Shown: in pieces, positions 8,159-18,365 of the stretch
How the letters are laid out: each line of letters starts with the position of its first letter
Numbering within the stretch: the first letter of the stretch is position 1
Assembly (NCBI GenBank): GCA_964510765.1
Contig: CAZECP010000011.1
Span: 2,519 to 66,518 of the forward strand
DNA length: 64,000 nt
Reading direction: 5' to 3'
Source: an uncultured Ohtaekwangia sp.
GTDB taxonomy: Bacteria; Bacteroidota; Bacteroidia; Cytophagales; Cyclobacteriaceae
The notes under the pieces: model-generated
What the model saw: the letters and a program-made list of their open reading frames with translations, nothing else
What the model was told of the DNA's origin: nothing
Database searches by the model: none
Made by a program: the position numbers and the translations under genes

Positions 8159-9544
8159 TTATCCAAATAAATCGGTTTGGTCTTTTCCGGTTTCGCTCGA
8201 TTGAGTAGTGTAGAGCGGCAACTTATTGATTTCTTTGATCAGCGATGAGTCTTGCGTGACAATTCCCTTTTGGGCGGCTTCACTCGCCAGCTTTTCGTTT
8301 TCTAATTCCAATTCTTTCAAACTGATTTGCTTCGCACGTTTTTCAATGGGTGGATTTAATTTCTCAGCCTTTTCAAACTCTACGACTTTATCCAAAATAT
8401 CTTTTGGCAGATCGGCCTCACTTCGGTAAACCAATTCAAAAAACTGTTTCGCGAAAAACCCATCAATCTGAATTCTTCTTTTTGAAAGATGAACAAATTT
8501 TCCGATCACGCGACAAATGTTTTCCCTTTCTTCAGGGCTCAATTGATCCACAAAATCGTAGTCTTCAATCTTCTTTAGCGAAAGCATGATCGGCTCAAGC
8601 GCATCTACGGAAATCACATAGACAGTATAGTCTGGCAATTTGTATTCATATTGCCCCAATAGCTCAAGAGCATTGGTTGGAACAACCAAAAAGATATCTC
8701 GTCTCACACCATCCTCCTTTGCGTATTTGTTTACGCTGTCCGTTTGATTCTTAATGTAAGAAGGAAAATTGGAAAGATCATCGCTGGCCGGACTCTTCGC
8801 ATCAAACACGATAAATTCATCTTTGATTCTGATCGTGTTATCCGGGCTACCTTTGAAGGGGACTTTGTCGATATAATCAATACCGTGGCGGATGCAAATT
8901 GTTTTCATCCTTCGCTTCACATTCTCTTCATGATTTGACCAGGTCTCTCGCAGCTTTCTTACTTTTTCTATCTCGGTTTTGTTCCTGAGTTCAACTTCCT
9001 CATGTCGATCTTTTTGAATTTTTTGTTGAATCAGATTTAAAGATGACATTGATTTTTCATACTCTGACTTACGATGTTCTTCGGTGCTTTGGAGTTGCGT
9101 GATTCGCTCCAGCAATTTCTTTGACTCCTGTTCGGATCGCTCCAGGTTATTTTTGAGAACGGCAACTTCATTGGCTAAATCTGTTCCGCGCTTGAAATAA
9201 TTTTTGTTTGTTTCCTCTAGTTTTGAAATTTCCTTGATGCGTTCCTCTTTTTCCTTTACTAATAGATCGTTGGCTGCCTTTAGCGATGCGTTTTCAATCT
9301 CAAGTCGGCTGTTAGATTGTTGAAGGTTGCTGGTGGCCCCTTTTTCCAGGGCGAGCATATTTTCCAGTTTGCTATTGTCGGATTTTAAACTCTCCGATTT
9401 TGAAAGCAACCGCTGCAATTCACCATTTGCATTGACCAACAATGACTTGATTTTCCCCCAGCCAAAAATACGATCCCACAAGCCCACATTGGTGAGACTT
9501 TCAAACATCCTGCGCAATGCATCGAAGTTAAAATCCATGAACAA
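8159..9544 (-). CDS. Coiled-coil protein with a possible RmuC-like / PD-(D/E)xK C-terminal domain
   Basis: 461 aa. Residues from about 40 to 200 are heptad-rich and E/K/L/N-rich. The C-terminal half contains '...SPDNTIRIKDEFIVFDAKSP...RRDIFLVVPTNALE', which resembles the RmuC D...(D/E)xK core. Confidence 0.45.
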   Translation of the reverse strand: MFMDFNFDALRRMFESLTNVGLWDRIFGWGKIKSLLVNANGELQRLLSKSESLKSDNSKLENMLALEKGATSNLQQSNSRLEIENASLKAANDLLVKEKEERIKEISKLEETNKNYFKRGTDLANEVAVLKNNLERSEQESKKLLERITQLQSTEEHRKSEYEKSMSSLNLIQQKIQKDRHEEVELRNKTEIEKVRKLRETWSNHEENVKRRMKTICIRHGIDYIDKVPFKGSPDNTIRIKDEFIVFDAKSPASDDLSNFPSYIKNQTDSVNKYAKEDGVRRDIFLVVPTNALELLGQYEYKLPDYTVYVISVDALEPIMLSLKKIEDYDFVDQLSPEERENICRVIGKFVHLSKRRIQIDGFFAKQFFELVYRSEADLPKDILDKVVEFEKAEKLNPPIEKRAKQISLKELELENEKLASEAAQKGIVTQDSSLIKEINKLPLYTTQSSETGKDQTDLFG

Positions 9545-9665
9545 AAATTGACTCGTAAAGTTATTCTTTATTCGCTTCAGTTAAATTTTTATTTCATTCG
9601 CAAATATTCTAATTAAAATTAGTAACTTGAATCATCAGTCAACTTTAATCATCCTTACCTCTTTT

Positions 9666-10142
9666 ATGAAAAACCTGTTTCTGCTATTTCTCCTGTTTTG
9701 TTCTACACTCGGGTATTCGCAAATCAATACCGATGAGATGCAGATGTACCAGACTTTGTTTGGTATGCCGAAGAAAGAGATTGTTTCAGAGTTTATGAAG
9801 ATTGACGATAATAAGAAGGATTTATTCTGGAAACTGTATGACTCGTATGAAAGCAATCGTAAACAACTAGGCCAAAAAAGATTTGTGGTGCTGAATAATT
9901 ATGTAAAGAACTATTCCAAGCTCAACGAATCCGAAACCAATGAGATCATGGAAGACATCATTGAGCTTACCACCAGCCAGGATAAATTGATTGCACAGTA
10001 TTATAAGAAAATCAAAACTCAGATTAGCGTGGTGGTAGCCGCACAGTTCTACCAAATCGAATGGTATCTGCAAAGCCAGATTCGCACCAACATTCTTGAG
10101 CACATTCCAACACTTGAACAATTGGACACCAAGAAAAAATGA
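9666..10142 (+). CDS. Secreted hypothetical protein
   Basis: The internal ATG at 9666 gives MKNLFLLFLLFCSTLGYSQ, a signal peptide. I recognise no family. Confidence 0.55.
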   Translation: MKNLFLLFLLFCSTLGYSQINTDEMQMYQTLFGMPKKEIVSEFMKIDDNKKDLFWKLYDSYESNRKQLGQKRFVVLNNYVKNYSKLNESETNEIMEDIIELTTSQDKLIAQYYKKIKTQISVVVAAQFYQIEWYLQSQIRTNILEHIPTLEQLDTKKK

Positions 10143-10255
10143 AACTGATCTGACCGGATTTACAATATCTGGTCGTTTCTGGTGGTAGATTTATCCTTTC
10201 AAGCTGTAGCGATCAAAAGCACTTTTCGGTAATTTTGTTACCTAATTATTCTTTT

Positions 10256-11491
10256 ATGGTTGACACAATTACATCCAGCAAACAAGCCATTGCCCTCGAA
10301 GAAAAATACGGAGCACACAACTATCATCCCTTGCCCGTTGTATTGACGAAAGGCGATGGAGTTTTTCTGTGGGATGTGGAAGGAAAACGATACTATGATT
10401 TTCTTTCAGCCTATAGCGCAGTCAACCAGGGGCATTGCCATCCACGAATTGTAAATGCGTTGATCAACCAGGCAAAAGAACTCACACTCACTTCACGTGC
10501 ATTTTACAATGATAAACTTGGTGTAGCCGAGAAATATGTTTGTGAAACTTTCGGTTATGAAAAAGCGCTGTTTATGAACAGCGGTGCTGAAGCAAATGAA
10601 ACCGCCATTAAACTTGCACGCAAGTGGGGCTATCTTAAAAGAGGAATAGAAGATAACAAGGCTGTGATTGTTGCTGTGAAGAAAAATTTCCACGGACGGA
10701 CTACCACAATCATTTCTGCATCTACTGATCCGTCAGCTACCAAAAACTTCGGGCCGTTTATGCCGGGTTTTGAAATTGTAGAGTACGATGATGTTGCAGC
10801 CCTGGAGAAAGCATTGACAGATAAAAATGTGTGTGCACTTTGGATCGAACCAATTCAAGGTGAGGCAGGTGTTTATGTTCCGCACGATGGATACTTGAAA
10901 GCAGCCGAAAAACTTTGCAAGCAGAACAATGTACTCTTGATGATGGATGAGATTCAAACCGGCATTGCACGCACGGGAAAAATGTTGGCGAGTGATCATG
11001 AAAATGTAAGGCCCGATGTTTTGATTTTGGGAAAAGCTCTGAGCGGTGGAGTGCTTCCGATCTCAGTAGTACTTGCAGATGACAACATTATGCTCACAAT
11101 CAAGCCGGGAGAACATGGTTCTACTTTTGGTGGTAATCCTTTGGCTGCTGCTGTGGTGATCGAAGCATTGGAAGTTGTGAAGGACGAAAAACTTGCTGAG
11201 AATGCTGACCGCCTGGGAAGACTTTTCCGCGAGCGTATGAGTCTGCTGATGAAGAAAACGCAGATGATAAAACTTGTGCGTGGCAAAGGTTTATTAAATG
11301 CGATTGTAATTAATGATTCTCCGGAAAGTGAAACTGCCTGGAACTTGTGTGAGAAATTAGCCGAACAAGGTCTGCTGGCAAAACCGACTCATGGAAACAT
11401 CATTCGCCTTGCGCCACCGTTGGTAATTAATGAAGAACAAATTCACGAGTGTTGTGATATTATTGAGAGGTGTGTTCTTAATTTCAAATAA
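10256..11491 (+). CDS. rocD: Ornithine--oxo-acid aminotransferase (class-III PLP aminotransferase)
   Basis: '[51 protein letters not shown]' and '[12 protein letters not shown]' are characteristic of RocD/OAT. The start is at ATG 10256 (MVDTITSS). Confidence 0.9.
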   Translation: MVDTITSSKQAIALEEKYGAHNYHPLPVVLTKGDGVFLWDVEGKRYYDFLSAYSAVNQGHCHPRIVNALINQAKELTLTSRAFYNDKLGVAEKYVCETFGYEKALFMNSGAEANETAIKLARKWGYLKRGIEDNKAVIVAVKKNFHGRTTTIISASTDPSATKNFGPFMPGFEIVEYDDVAALEKALTDKNVCALWIEPIQGEAGVYVPHDGYLKAAEKLCKQNNVLLMMDEIQTGIARTGKMLASDHENVRPDVLILGKALSGGVLPISVVLADDNIMLTIKPGEHGSTFGGNPLAAAVVIEALEVVKDEKLAENADRLGRLFRERMSLLMKKTQMIKLVRGKGLLNAIVINDSPESETAWNLCEKLAEQGLLAKPTHGNIIRLAPPLVINEEQIHECCDIIERCVLNFK

Positions 11492-11499
11492 CATCATCT

Positions 11500-12084
11500 A
11501 TGGAAACAAAACTGATTCTCGTTTTCCTTAGTGCGATGGGAAGCGTGTTTGCACAAACCGTTCCCTCCGTTGAAGTTCAAATCAAAACTGCTGTGCTTGC
11601 ATCTCCGGATGAAACAAAAGACAAAGCAATGGTGTACGGTTATTCACCGAAAGGAGAATTCATAGTGCTAAGAAAAGGAGAAAATGATTTGGTCTGCCTG
11701 GCAGATGATCCCAATCAACCTGGATTAAGTGTGGCATGCTATCACAAAAGCCTTGACCCGTTCATGGCGCGGGGCCGCGAGTTGAAGAAGGAAGGAAAAA
11801 GCTACCAGGAAAGATTTGACATTCGCGATAAGGAAGTGAAGAGCGGGAAACTAATCATGCCAAAGCAACCGACTACTCTTTATGTTTATACTGCTGACAA
11901 GGAGAAATTCAATCCGGCAACAGGTGAAGTACAAGACGGATATTTGCGTTATGTAATTTACATTCCATTTGCAACTGCCGAAAGCACAGGTCTCGCAACA
12001 AAACCTACAGGTGCCGGGCAACCCTGGATTATGGATCCGGGAACTTACCGGGCACACATCATGATCGATCCGCCAAAAAAGTAA
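11500..12084 (+). CDS. Secreted hypothetical protein
   Basis: 194-aa ORF with signal peptide METKLILVFLSAMGSVFAQ. It begins 8 nt after rocD. Confidence 0.55.
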   Translation: METKLILVFLSAMGSVFAQTVPSVEVQIKTAVLASPDETKDKAMVYGYSPKGEFIVLRKGENDLVCLADDPNQPGLSVACYHKSLDPFMARGRELKKEGKSYQERFDIRDKEVKSGKLIMPKQPTTLYVYTADKEKFNPATGEVQDGYLRYVIYIPFATAESTGLATKPTGAGQPWIMDPGTYRAHIMIDPPKK

Positions 12085-12092
12085 TTTATTGT

Positions 12093-13085
12093 TTAGCCAT
12101 TTAAAGTTTTCATCGCAGCCTCCACATAACGAGTACCTGCTGCAAAACCTTTAGGGGCGATTGATTCTATTTCAGAAAGTTCTTCCTTAGTGAATTTGAT
12201 TTTTATGGCCTCCACATTTTCTTCGAGGTACTTCATTCGTTTTGTTCCGGGGATAGGGAAGATGTAATCGCCTTGTGCCATCACCCACGCCAGCGCAAGT
12301 TGAGAAGTAGTGCAACCTTTTTTACCAGCAAGGCTTTCCAGCTTCTCTACGATGTCAAGATTTTTTTGAAAGTTCTCTCCTTGAAACCGTGGAGACATTC
12401 TTCTGAAATCAGTCGGTTCAAAATCTTCAAACTTTCTGATCTGACCGGTTAAGAATCCGCGACCGAGCGGGCTATAAGCAACAAAGGCAATTCCCAATTC
12501 TTTACAAACAGCAAGCAACTCATCTTCCGGCTCCCGGCTCCACAGGGAATATTCTGTTTGAAGAGCAGTAATCGGATGAACCTTATGCGCTCTTCTAATG
12601 GTTGCCGGTGAAGCTTCGGATAATCCGATTGCCCGAATTTTTCCTTGCTTTACCAAATCACTCATCGCACCGACCGTTTCTTCAATCGGAGTAGTTGGAT
12701 CAACCCGATGCTGATAATAGAGATCAATCACATCTACGTTCAATCTCTTCAAACTGTCTTCACAACATTGCTTCACATATTCTGGCTTGCCATTGATGCC
12801 GCGCTTGGTGGGATCAGCAGGATCGCGAACAATCCCAAATTTAGTCGCGAGTGTAACTTGATTTCGTCTTCCCTTCAATGCTTTGCCAACGAGAATCTCG
12901 TTTGTGAATGGCCCATACATATTTGCTGTGTCCAGAAAAGTAACTCCAAGATCAATCGCCCTGTGAATAACTTTGATTGATTCATCATCGTTACCAGCTC
13001 CATAAAATTCGGACATGCCCATGCAACCCAGGCCGAGTTGTGATGTTTTTAGTCCTTGTTGTCCGAGATTTCTTGTTTCCATCAT
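12093..13085 (-). CDS. Aldo/keto reductase
   Basis: 330 aa. '[13 protein letters not shown]', '[14 protein letters not shown]' and 'YYQHRVDP' match AKR family signatures. Confidence 0.9.
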   Translation of the reverse strand: MMETRNLGQQGLKTSQLGLGCMGMSEFYGAGNDDESIKVIHRAIDLGVTFLDTANMYGPFTNEILVGKALKGRRNQVTLATKFGIVRDPADPTKRGINGKPEYVKQCCEDSLKRLNVDVIDLYYQHRVDPTTPIEETVGAMSDLVKQGKIRAIGLSEASPATIRRAHKVHPITALQTEYSLWSREPEDELLAVCKELGIAFVAYSPLGRGFLTGQIRKFEDFEPTDFRRMSPRFQGENFQKNLDIVEKLESLAGKKGCTTSQLALAWVMAQGDYIFPIPGTKRMKYLEENVEAIKIKFTKEELSEIESIAPKGFAAGTRYVEAAMKTLNG

Positions 13086-13097
13086 TTAAGATTTTAA

Positions 13098-13712
13098 CTA
13101 CGCTAAAACACCAATTGATTTAAGTTCGTTTCGCAACTGCATCGGTGATTGAAAATGAATGCAATTTATCCCAACCGCTTCGGCTCCGTGCAGATTTCTT
13201 GTAACGTCATCGATAAAAATTGATTTGGAAGGATCGACTTTGTAGCGATCGAGAAGAATATTGTAAAATTCAGGAAACGGTTTTCTTGTTTTCTCTTCAC
13301 CTGAAACCACAATGCCTTCAAACCAATGAAGGAATTCAAAATTATTCAGCGCCCATGGAAACGTCTGTGCCGACCAATTGGTAAGCGCGTAAAGTTTAAA
13401 ACGGTTTTCGGTTTTTATCTGGCGAAGAATTTCTACCGTATCATGAATCGGGCCGCCAATAGTTTCTTGCCAGCGTCCATACCACGCGCGGATGGCTTCT
13501 TCATGGTCAGGAAATTTTATAACGAGTTCTTCCGTGGCTTCTTCAAACGAGCGCCCGGCATCTTGCTTTTCATTCCAATCGTGCGTGCACACGTTTTGAA
13601 AGAACCAATCAATTTCTTCTTCGGTTTTAAAAATCTTGCGATAGAGGTAGCGCGGGTTCCAGTCGATCAATACTCCGCCTAAATCAAAAATGACTGTGTT
13701 GATTTGCTGCAT
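13098..13712 (-). CDS. HAD-superfamily hydrolase (haloacid dehalogenase-like, subfamily IA)
   Basis: The start at ATG 13712 gives MQQINTVIFDLGGVLIDW, containing the DxG/DxD HAD motif I. '..FIDDV..' is motif IV. Confidence 0.8.
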   Translation of the reverse strand: MQQINTVIFDLGGVLIDWNPRYLYRKIFKTEEEIDWFFQNVCTHDWNEKQDAGRSFEEATEELVIKFPDHEEAIRAWYGRWQETIGGPIHDTVEILRQIKTENRFKLYALTNWSAQTFPWALNNFEFLHWFEGIVVSGEEKTRKPFPEFYNILLDRYKVDPSKSIFIDDVTRNLHGAEAVGINCIHFQSPMQLRNELKSIGVLA

Positions 13713-13734
13713 GTGAAAAAATGAAAGAGGATTT

Positions 13735-14271
13735 TTAAAATTCGAATTGATGATTGAGTAGAACAGATTGGGCTTTCCCGATTTCCTTCCCAACTAACTC
13801 GTAAGAATTGTTTTGTAATTGATAAACCGTTGTCTCTTTGGTGGCAGGATCTACAATCCAATATTCTTTCACTCCAAACTTTTCGTAGAGGTTCTTTTTA
13901 GTGATCGCATCGTGCTTTGTATTTCCTGGCGAAAGCAGCTCAATGATTAAGTCAGGCGCTCCTTCATTCGGTTCAGTGTCACGAATGATCATTTTATTTT
14001 GCTTAGAAACGAAATATAGATCGGGCTGAACTGCATTACTGTTTTGATCAAGATAAACATCAGATGGCGCGAGGAATACTTCGCCAAGGTTCTTTTCTTC
14101 CACAAATGAATCCAATACTTTAAAAATCTTTTTTAAAATTCTCTGATGTTGATTGGTTGGCGCTGGTGACATAAATAATTGTCCGTTGATTAATTCAGCA
14201 AGTGTTCCCTCCGGAAGCATTTTGTAAACTTCCATGATCGTGCGCGGAGGATGCGGAATGTCAATTTTCAT
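13735..14271 (-). CDS. Uma2-family (DUF820) putative endonuclease
   Basis: 178 aa. 'LPEGTLAELINGQLFMSPAPTNQHQRI' and 'PDLIIELLSP...D...K...Y...GVKEYWIVDP' match the Uma2 PD-(D/E)xK pattern. Confidence 0.75.
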   Translation of the reverse strand: MKIDIPHPPRTIMEVYKMLPEGTLAELINGQLFMSPAPTNQHQRILKKIFKVLDSFVEEKNLGEVFLAPSDVYLDQNSNAVQPDLYFVSKQNKMIIRDTEPNEGAPDLIIELLSPGNTKHDAITKKNLYEKFGVKEYWIVDPATKETTVYQLQNNSYELVGKEIGKAQSVLLNHQFEF

Positions 14272-14288
14272 AACGCTAATTTACGTCA

Positions 14289-15146
14289 TTATTTTCCAAA
14301 AGCCCATTTCAAAAACTCTGGCATCACTTGCGCCCAGGTTTCCAGATTGTGTTTGCCGCCTTTCACTTCAAGATATTGAATGTCGTGAAAGGGACGATAT
14401 CCTTTTTTGGTAAGTTCTGCTATCAAGTCAAGTGTGTCATCAATGGAATCAATCACTCCATTTTTATTGCGGTCGCTTGCTTCATCTTCTGTTCCGGTTT
14501 GAAACCAGAATTGCAATCCTTCCTTTTTCTTTCCTGATTTGATTTGCTGATGCATGATGCGATCGCGTGCATCGGAATAAAGCCGGCTTTTACTATCACG
14601 CTTTCGCCACCAGAATGCTCCGCTAAAGCATCCAGCTTTATCAAAGAGTTTTGGATTATTCCATGCAATGTCCATCGCGCTAAGTGCGCCCATTGAGCAA
14701 CCTGCAATTGTAATTTTTTGTGACGCGTCAACAGGGTATTTGAAATTTAAATAAGGTATCAGTTCGGTCGATAAATATTTTGTGTATGCTTTTGCCCTAC
14801 TCCCTCGCTTTAAGTAATCTTTTTGTGATGCCACACCAAATTCCTGCAAGCGATCGCCAGCCACCACGCCTGCCACCATTACTTTTTCGATTGAGCCTTC
14901 GCCAGTTAATTTTTCAAGCGTTCCCTTCACTTTTAGTTGTTCGATATCCTGACCATCGTTTAAAACCAACAGCGGGAATTTTTCTTTTGAGCTTGAATAA
15001 CCTTGTGGTAACAGCAAGTTTACGTCTACTTCCCGATTAAGTAGCTTTGAGAAAACACCCGTAATTTTTTCCGATTGATATGCAAACACTTCCTTCACCT
15101 TAACTGCTTTTTTATTTTTATCTTTAAGAGTGCCAAAAATAAACAT
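14289..15146 (-). CDS. Esterase-family alpha/beta hydrolase
   Basis: 285 aa with the nucleophile elbow 'GCSMGALSA' and 'PLLVLNDGQD' upstream of it. Confidence 0.75.
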   Translation of the reverse strand: MFIFGTLKDKNKKAVKVKEVFAYQSEKITGVFSKLLNREVDVNLLLPQGYSSSKEKFPLLVLNDGQDIEQLKVKGTLEKLTGEGSIEKVMVAGVVAGDRLQEFGVASQKDYLKRGSRAKAYTKYLSTELIPYLNFKYPVDASQKITIAGCSMGALSAMDIAWNNPKLFDKAGCFSGAFWWRKRDSKSRLYSDARDRIMHQQIKSGKKKEGLQFWFQTGTEDEASDRNKNGVIDSIDDTLDLIAELTKKGYRPFHDIQYLEVKGGKHNLETWAQVMPEFLKWAFGK

Positions 15147-15192
15147 CTTATTTCATTGGCACATTGGCAGATCGAACATTGATAAATTAATT

Positions 15193-15903
15193 ATGCCCCA
15201 CGAACATTTGCATCGCTGGTATTCGCCCAATCTGAGTCGTGATATTGAGGTGTTGGCGTTTGGCCATCGCGGATATCCGGTCATTCTGTTCCCCACTTCG
15301 ATGGGCCGCTACTACGAAAACAAAGACTTCAAACTCATCGAAAGTGTTAATTGGTTTTTGGACGAAGGCTTGGTGAAAATTTATTGTGTAGATGGAATTG
15401 ATTCATTGAGTTGGTACAACAAGGAAATTCTTCCGGCTGACCGCGTGAAGAATCATATCTGGTATGATCTGATGTTGTTGAATGAGTTGGTGCCACTCAC
15501 TCAACGCGAAACAGGGGTTGAAAGAGTTGCTACTGCGGGCTGCAGCTTTGGCGGTTATCACGCTACCAATTTTGCATTCAAACATCCGGAAGTAGTAAAG
15601 TATGTTTTCAACATGGGCGCTGCGTTTGATATCCACGATCAGTTGGATGGCTACTATGATGATAATGTCTATTTCAACAATCCGCCTGACTTTATTCCCA
15701 ATGCACAAAATCCTTTCTTCCAGGATTTGTTTGTGGTGCTGGGTACTGGCACACATGATATGTGTTGGAGTGCAAATGAAAAAATGGCTTCCATCTTTCG
15801 AGCCAAAGGAATCAACCATTGGCTGGACGTTCGCAAAGATGCTCCACACGACTGGCCGGCCTGGAGAGAAATGTTTCCTCACTACTTGTCGCTGATTAAA
15901 TGA
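15193..15903 (+). CDS. Esterase-family alpha/beta hydrolase
   Basis: ATG at 15193 (MPHEHLHRWYSPNL...). Nucleophile elbow 'GCSFGGYHA'. It is divergent from the previous esterase with a 46-nt spacer. Confidence 0.75.
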   Translation: MPHEHLHRWYSPNLSRDIEVLAFGHRGYPVILFPTSMGRYYENKDFKLIESVNWFLDEGLVKIYCVDGIDSLSWYNKEILPADRVKNHIWYDLMLLNELVPLTQRETGVERVATAGCSFGGYHATNFAFKHPEVVKYVFNMGAAFDIHDQLDGYYDDNVYFNNPPDFIPNAQNPFFQDLFVVLGTGTHDMCWSANEKMASIFRAKGINHWLDVRKDAPHDWPAWREMFPHYLSLIK

Positions 15904-16832
15904 GGAGATTAGTCTTTCTGTTTGTTGGAATTTGTGTTGGGTCACTACAAGTTCATTCAAAACCAATTCACGAAAAGTTTGCTGTTAACATCGGTGGAAT
16001 CCAACAATCGATAAAGATTGATTCAGACGAAGATTCAAAACCCGCTTTACTTTTTCTTCATGGAGGCCCTGGGAACTCGGTAATTAGTTATGCCAATAAG
16101 TTTACGGATCAACTTCAAAAGCATTTTGTCGTTGTGTTGTGGGATCAGCGCGAATCGGGCGAGACAAAGAAATTGAATTCGTCTTCTCAGCCACTCACGG
16201 TTAGTCTTTTTCAGTCAGATGCAGCGGAAGTGATCAATTTTCTGCGGGAACGATTTCATCAAGACAAGATTTATTTGGCTGGCCATTCGTGGGGCGGATT
16301 TCTTGCATTGCAAGTTGCAGCTCACAATGGCGATTTATTGTTTGGATGTTTTGCGACAGCACCAATGGTTCACCAAGTTGAAAGTGAACAACTCTCTCTT
16401 CAAAAAATGAAGGACATAGCTTTAAAGCAGAAGAATGCTGCTGCAATCGAAGACTTGAACAAAATTCAAATCCCTTTCGAAAACGGTGAGCAACTTTATT
16501 TCCATCGCAAGTGGTTGAATGAACTAATCGATCAGCGCAAAGCTCCTTTCGGAAAGAAGTATGTGGAGAACTGGGCGGCCACCTGGCTTCCAATTTTTAA
16601 CGAAGCTTCTGCCATCGATTTTAATGTTGCCGCTCCGGAAATGAAATGCCCGATTTATTTCCTGGTCGGTGCAAAAGATTATCAAACCAACTTCGAAATC
16701 ACAAAAAGATATTTTGAAAATCTGAAAGCCCCAAAAAAAGAGTTATTTTGGTTCAATGAATCCGCGCACCTTTTGAATCTGACGGAATCCAAAAAATTTC
16801 AACAAGTAATCATCTCAACCCTTACCCAATAA
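15900..16832 (+). CDS. Secreted alpha/beta hydrolase, prolyl-aminopeptidase-like (S33-type)
   Basis: Signal peptide MRRLVFLFVGICVGSLQVHS. 'LFLHGGPGNS' (HGGPG oxyanion motif) and 'GHSWGG' nucleophile. It has an ATGA overlap with the upstream gene. Confidence 0.75.
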   Translation: MRRLVFLFVGICVGSLQVHSKPIHEKFAVNIGGIQQSIKIDSDEDSKPALLFLHGGPGNSVISYANKFTDQLQKHFVVVLWDQRESGETKKLNSSSQPLTVSLFQSDAAEVINFLRERFHQDKIYLAGHSWGGFLALQVAAHNGDLLFGCFATAPMVHQVESEQLSLQKMKDIALKQKNAAAIEDLNKIQIPFENGEQLYFHRKWLNELIDQRKAPFGKKYVENWAATWLPIFNEASAIDFNVAAPEMKCPIYFLVGAKDYQTNFEITKRYFENLKAPKKELFWFNESAHLLNLTESKKFQQVIISTLTQ

Positions 16833-16834
16833 TT

Positions 16835-17818
16835 ATGAAGCGAATCGGAATTCTTTATGGCATGGAGCGTTCCTTCCCGGAAGCTTTTGTCGAAGCGGTT
16901 AATAAGATGGGTCTCAAAGACATCAAGGCCGAGCCCGTGCTGATCGACAAAGTGCAGCAAGGCGTGGGCGATGACTATGCAGTGATTATTGATCGTATTT
17001 CGCAAGATGTTCCGTTCTACCGTGCGTATTTGAAAAATGCCGCATGTGCAGGAACAGCCGTCATCAACAATCCATTCTGGTTTAGTGCCGATGAAAAATT
17101 TTTCAACAATGCATTGGCTACACGAATCGGAGTTCCCGTTCCGAAGACAGTTATTCTTCCTTCACACGATCGCCCGACTGATACAACGGATTCATCTTTT
17201 AGCAACCTGAAGTTTCCGCTGAGCTGGGAAAAGATATTTGAGTATATCGGCTGGCCTGCGTATATGAAGCCGCACTCCGGTGGCGGATGGAAGAATGTTT
17301 ATAAACTAAATGGCCCTGAAGATTTTTTCAAAGCGTACAAAGAGACGGGGCAATTGGTAATGCTGCTTCAAGAGGAAATCATTTTTACAGAGTATTTCCG
17401 TTGCTATTGCCTCGGAAGAAAGTATGTTCGAGTAATGCAGTATGAGCCGCGCAATCCACATCATCTTCGTTATGTAGTAAATGGCCCGCCTGCATCTGCA
17501 AAGTTGGTGAAGCAAGTGCATGATTATGTTTTGGAACTATGCAATGCACTCGGCTATGATTTCAACACGGTGGAGATGGCTGTGCGCGATGGAGTTCCTT
17601 ATGCCATTGACTTCTGCAATCCTGCACCTGATGCCGATGTGAAATCCGTAGGCCAGGAAAATTTTGATTGGGTAGTAGAGCATGCCGCGAAGATGGCGGT
17701 AGAGAGAGCCAAAACACAGAAACCCGGAGAAGACAATCTTACATGGGGAACATTTGTGAGAAATTCCGTGGCAGCCGAAATTAAACCTCCTGCAAAAACT
17801 CGAAAGAGTAAATCATAA
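16835..17818 (+). CDS. ATP-grasp domain protein (RimK / glutathione-synthetase-like amidoligase)
   Basis: 327 aa. 'GWPAYMKPHSGGGWKNVYKL' is a Gly-rich ATP-grasp loop. 'MLLQEEI', 'VRVMQYEP' and 'NTVEMAV' are typical of the fold. Confidence 0.7.
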   Translation: MKRIGILYGMERSFPEAFVEAVNKMGLKDIKAEPVLIDKVQQGVGDDYAVIIDRISQDVPFYRAYLKNAACAGTAVINNPFWFSADEKFFNNALATRIGVPVPKTVILPSHDRPTDTTDSSFSNLKFPLSWEKIFEYIGWPAYMKPHSGGGWKNVYKLNGPEDFFKAYKETGQLVMLLQEEIIFTEYFRCYCLGRKYVRVMQYEPRNPHHLRYVVNGPPASAKLVKQVHDYVLELCNALGYDFNTVEMAVRDGVPYAIDFCNPAPDADVKSVGQENFDWVVEHAAKMAVERAKTQKPGEDNLTWGTFVRNSVAAEIKPPAKTRKSKS

Positions 17819-17823
17819 TTAGT

Positions 17824-18360
17824 ATGAAGACATTGTTAGTATTCTTAATTGCTACATTTCTCAGTATCAATATCTATGGCCAATTAGAAATTAAGACTTT
17901 TAAAGAAGTAAGATTACTGGATTGTCCTGGAATAGAATATGGAGAACTTGTTGAATTGATTCCCAAAGGGAAAACAGTTTTGTTGACTGACTATTCGAGA
18001 GATTTTTATACAGCTAAGTATAATGGTAAAGAAGGCTTTATCTATTATGTTTTTCTTGGCTTTTCAAAAAGATTGGATGATTTCAAAAGTGAGAAACAGC
18101 AACTTAACAAGAATAAAGAATACGTTTCTTGTGGACTTTTAAAACTTCAAAAAACATATCCCAAAGAAATAGCTGAGAGAATACTCCGAAAGGAAGTATG
18201 GATTGGAATGTCGGGCCAGATGGCATTAGATGTATTAGGCAGGCCGAAAAATATTAACAAATCACTAGTTGGTGGAATAATGACTGAGCAATGGGTGTAC
18301 GAAAATAAATATCTCTACTTTGAAAGCGGTTCACTTAAGTCAATTCAAGAGTCCCAATAA
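17824..18360 (+). CDS. Secreted hypothetical protein, possibly with an SH3b-like N-terminal domain
   Basis: Signal peptide MKTLLVFLIATFLSINIYGQ. 178 aa, packed tightly between the ATP-grasp and GCS2 genes. Confidence 0.5.
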   Translation: MKTLLVFLIATFLSINIYGQLEIKTFKEVRLLDCPGIEYGELVELIPKGKTVLLTDYSRDFYTAKYNGKEGFIYYVFLGFSKRLDDFKSEKQQLNKNKEYVSCGLLKLQKTYPKEIAERILRKEVWIGMSGQMALDVLGRPKNINKSLVGGIMTEQWVYENKYLYFESGSLKSIQESQ

Positions 18361-18365
18361 ATCAA

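Noticed and set aside
13735-14271. Uma2-family endonuclease as part of a defence island
   Set aside because: It is a single gene flanked by ordinary metabolic genes (HAD hydrolase, esterase). No methyltransferase, toxin-antitoxin or other defence genes are nearby. Uma2 genes are common and scattered in these genomes.
15403-15966. 187-aa antisense ORF inside the second esterase gene. Similar shadow ORFs include 34501..34980 in ftsK, 50788..51300 in the USP gene, 60593..61093 in glgP, 18914..19291 in the GCS2 gene, and 43541..43918 in the FG-GAP gene.
   Set aside because: All of them lie fully within, and antisense or out of frame to, strongly supported genes. Their composition is low-complexity or biased (Arg/His/Cys-rich) and they have no recognisable motifs.
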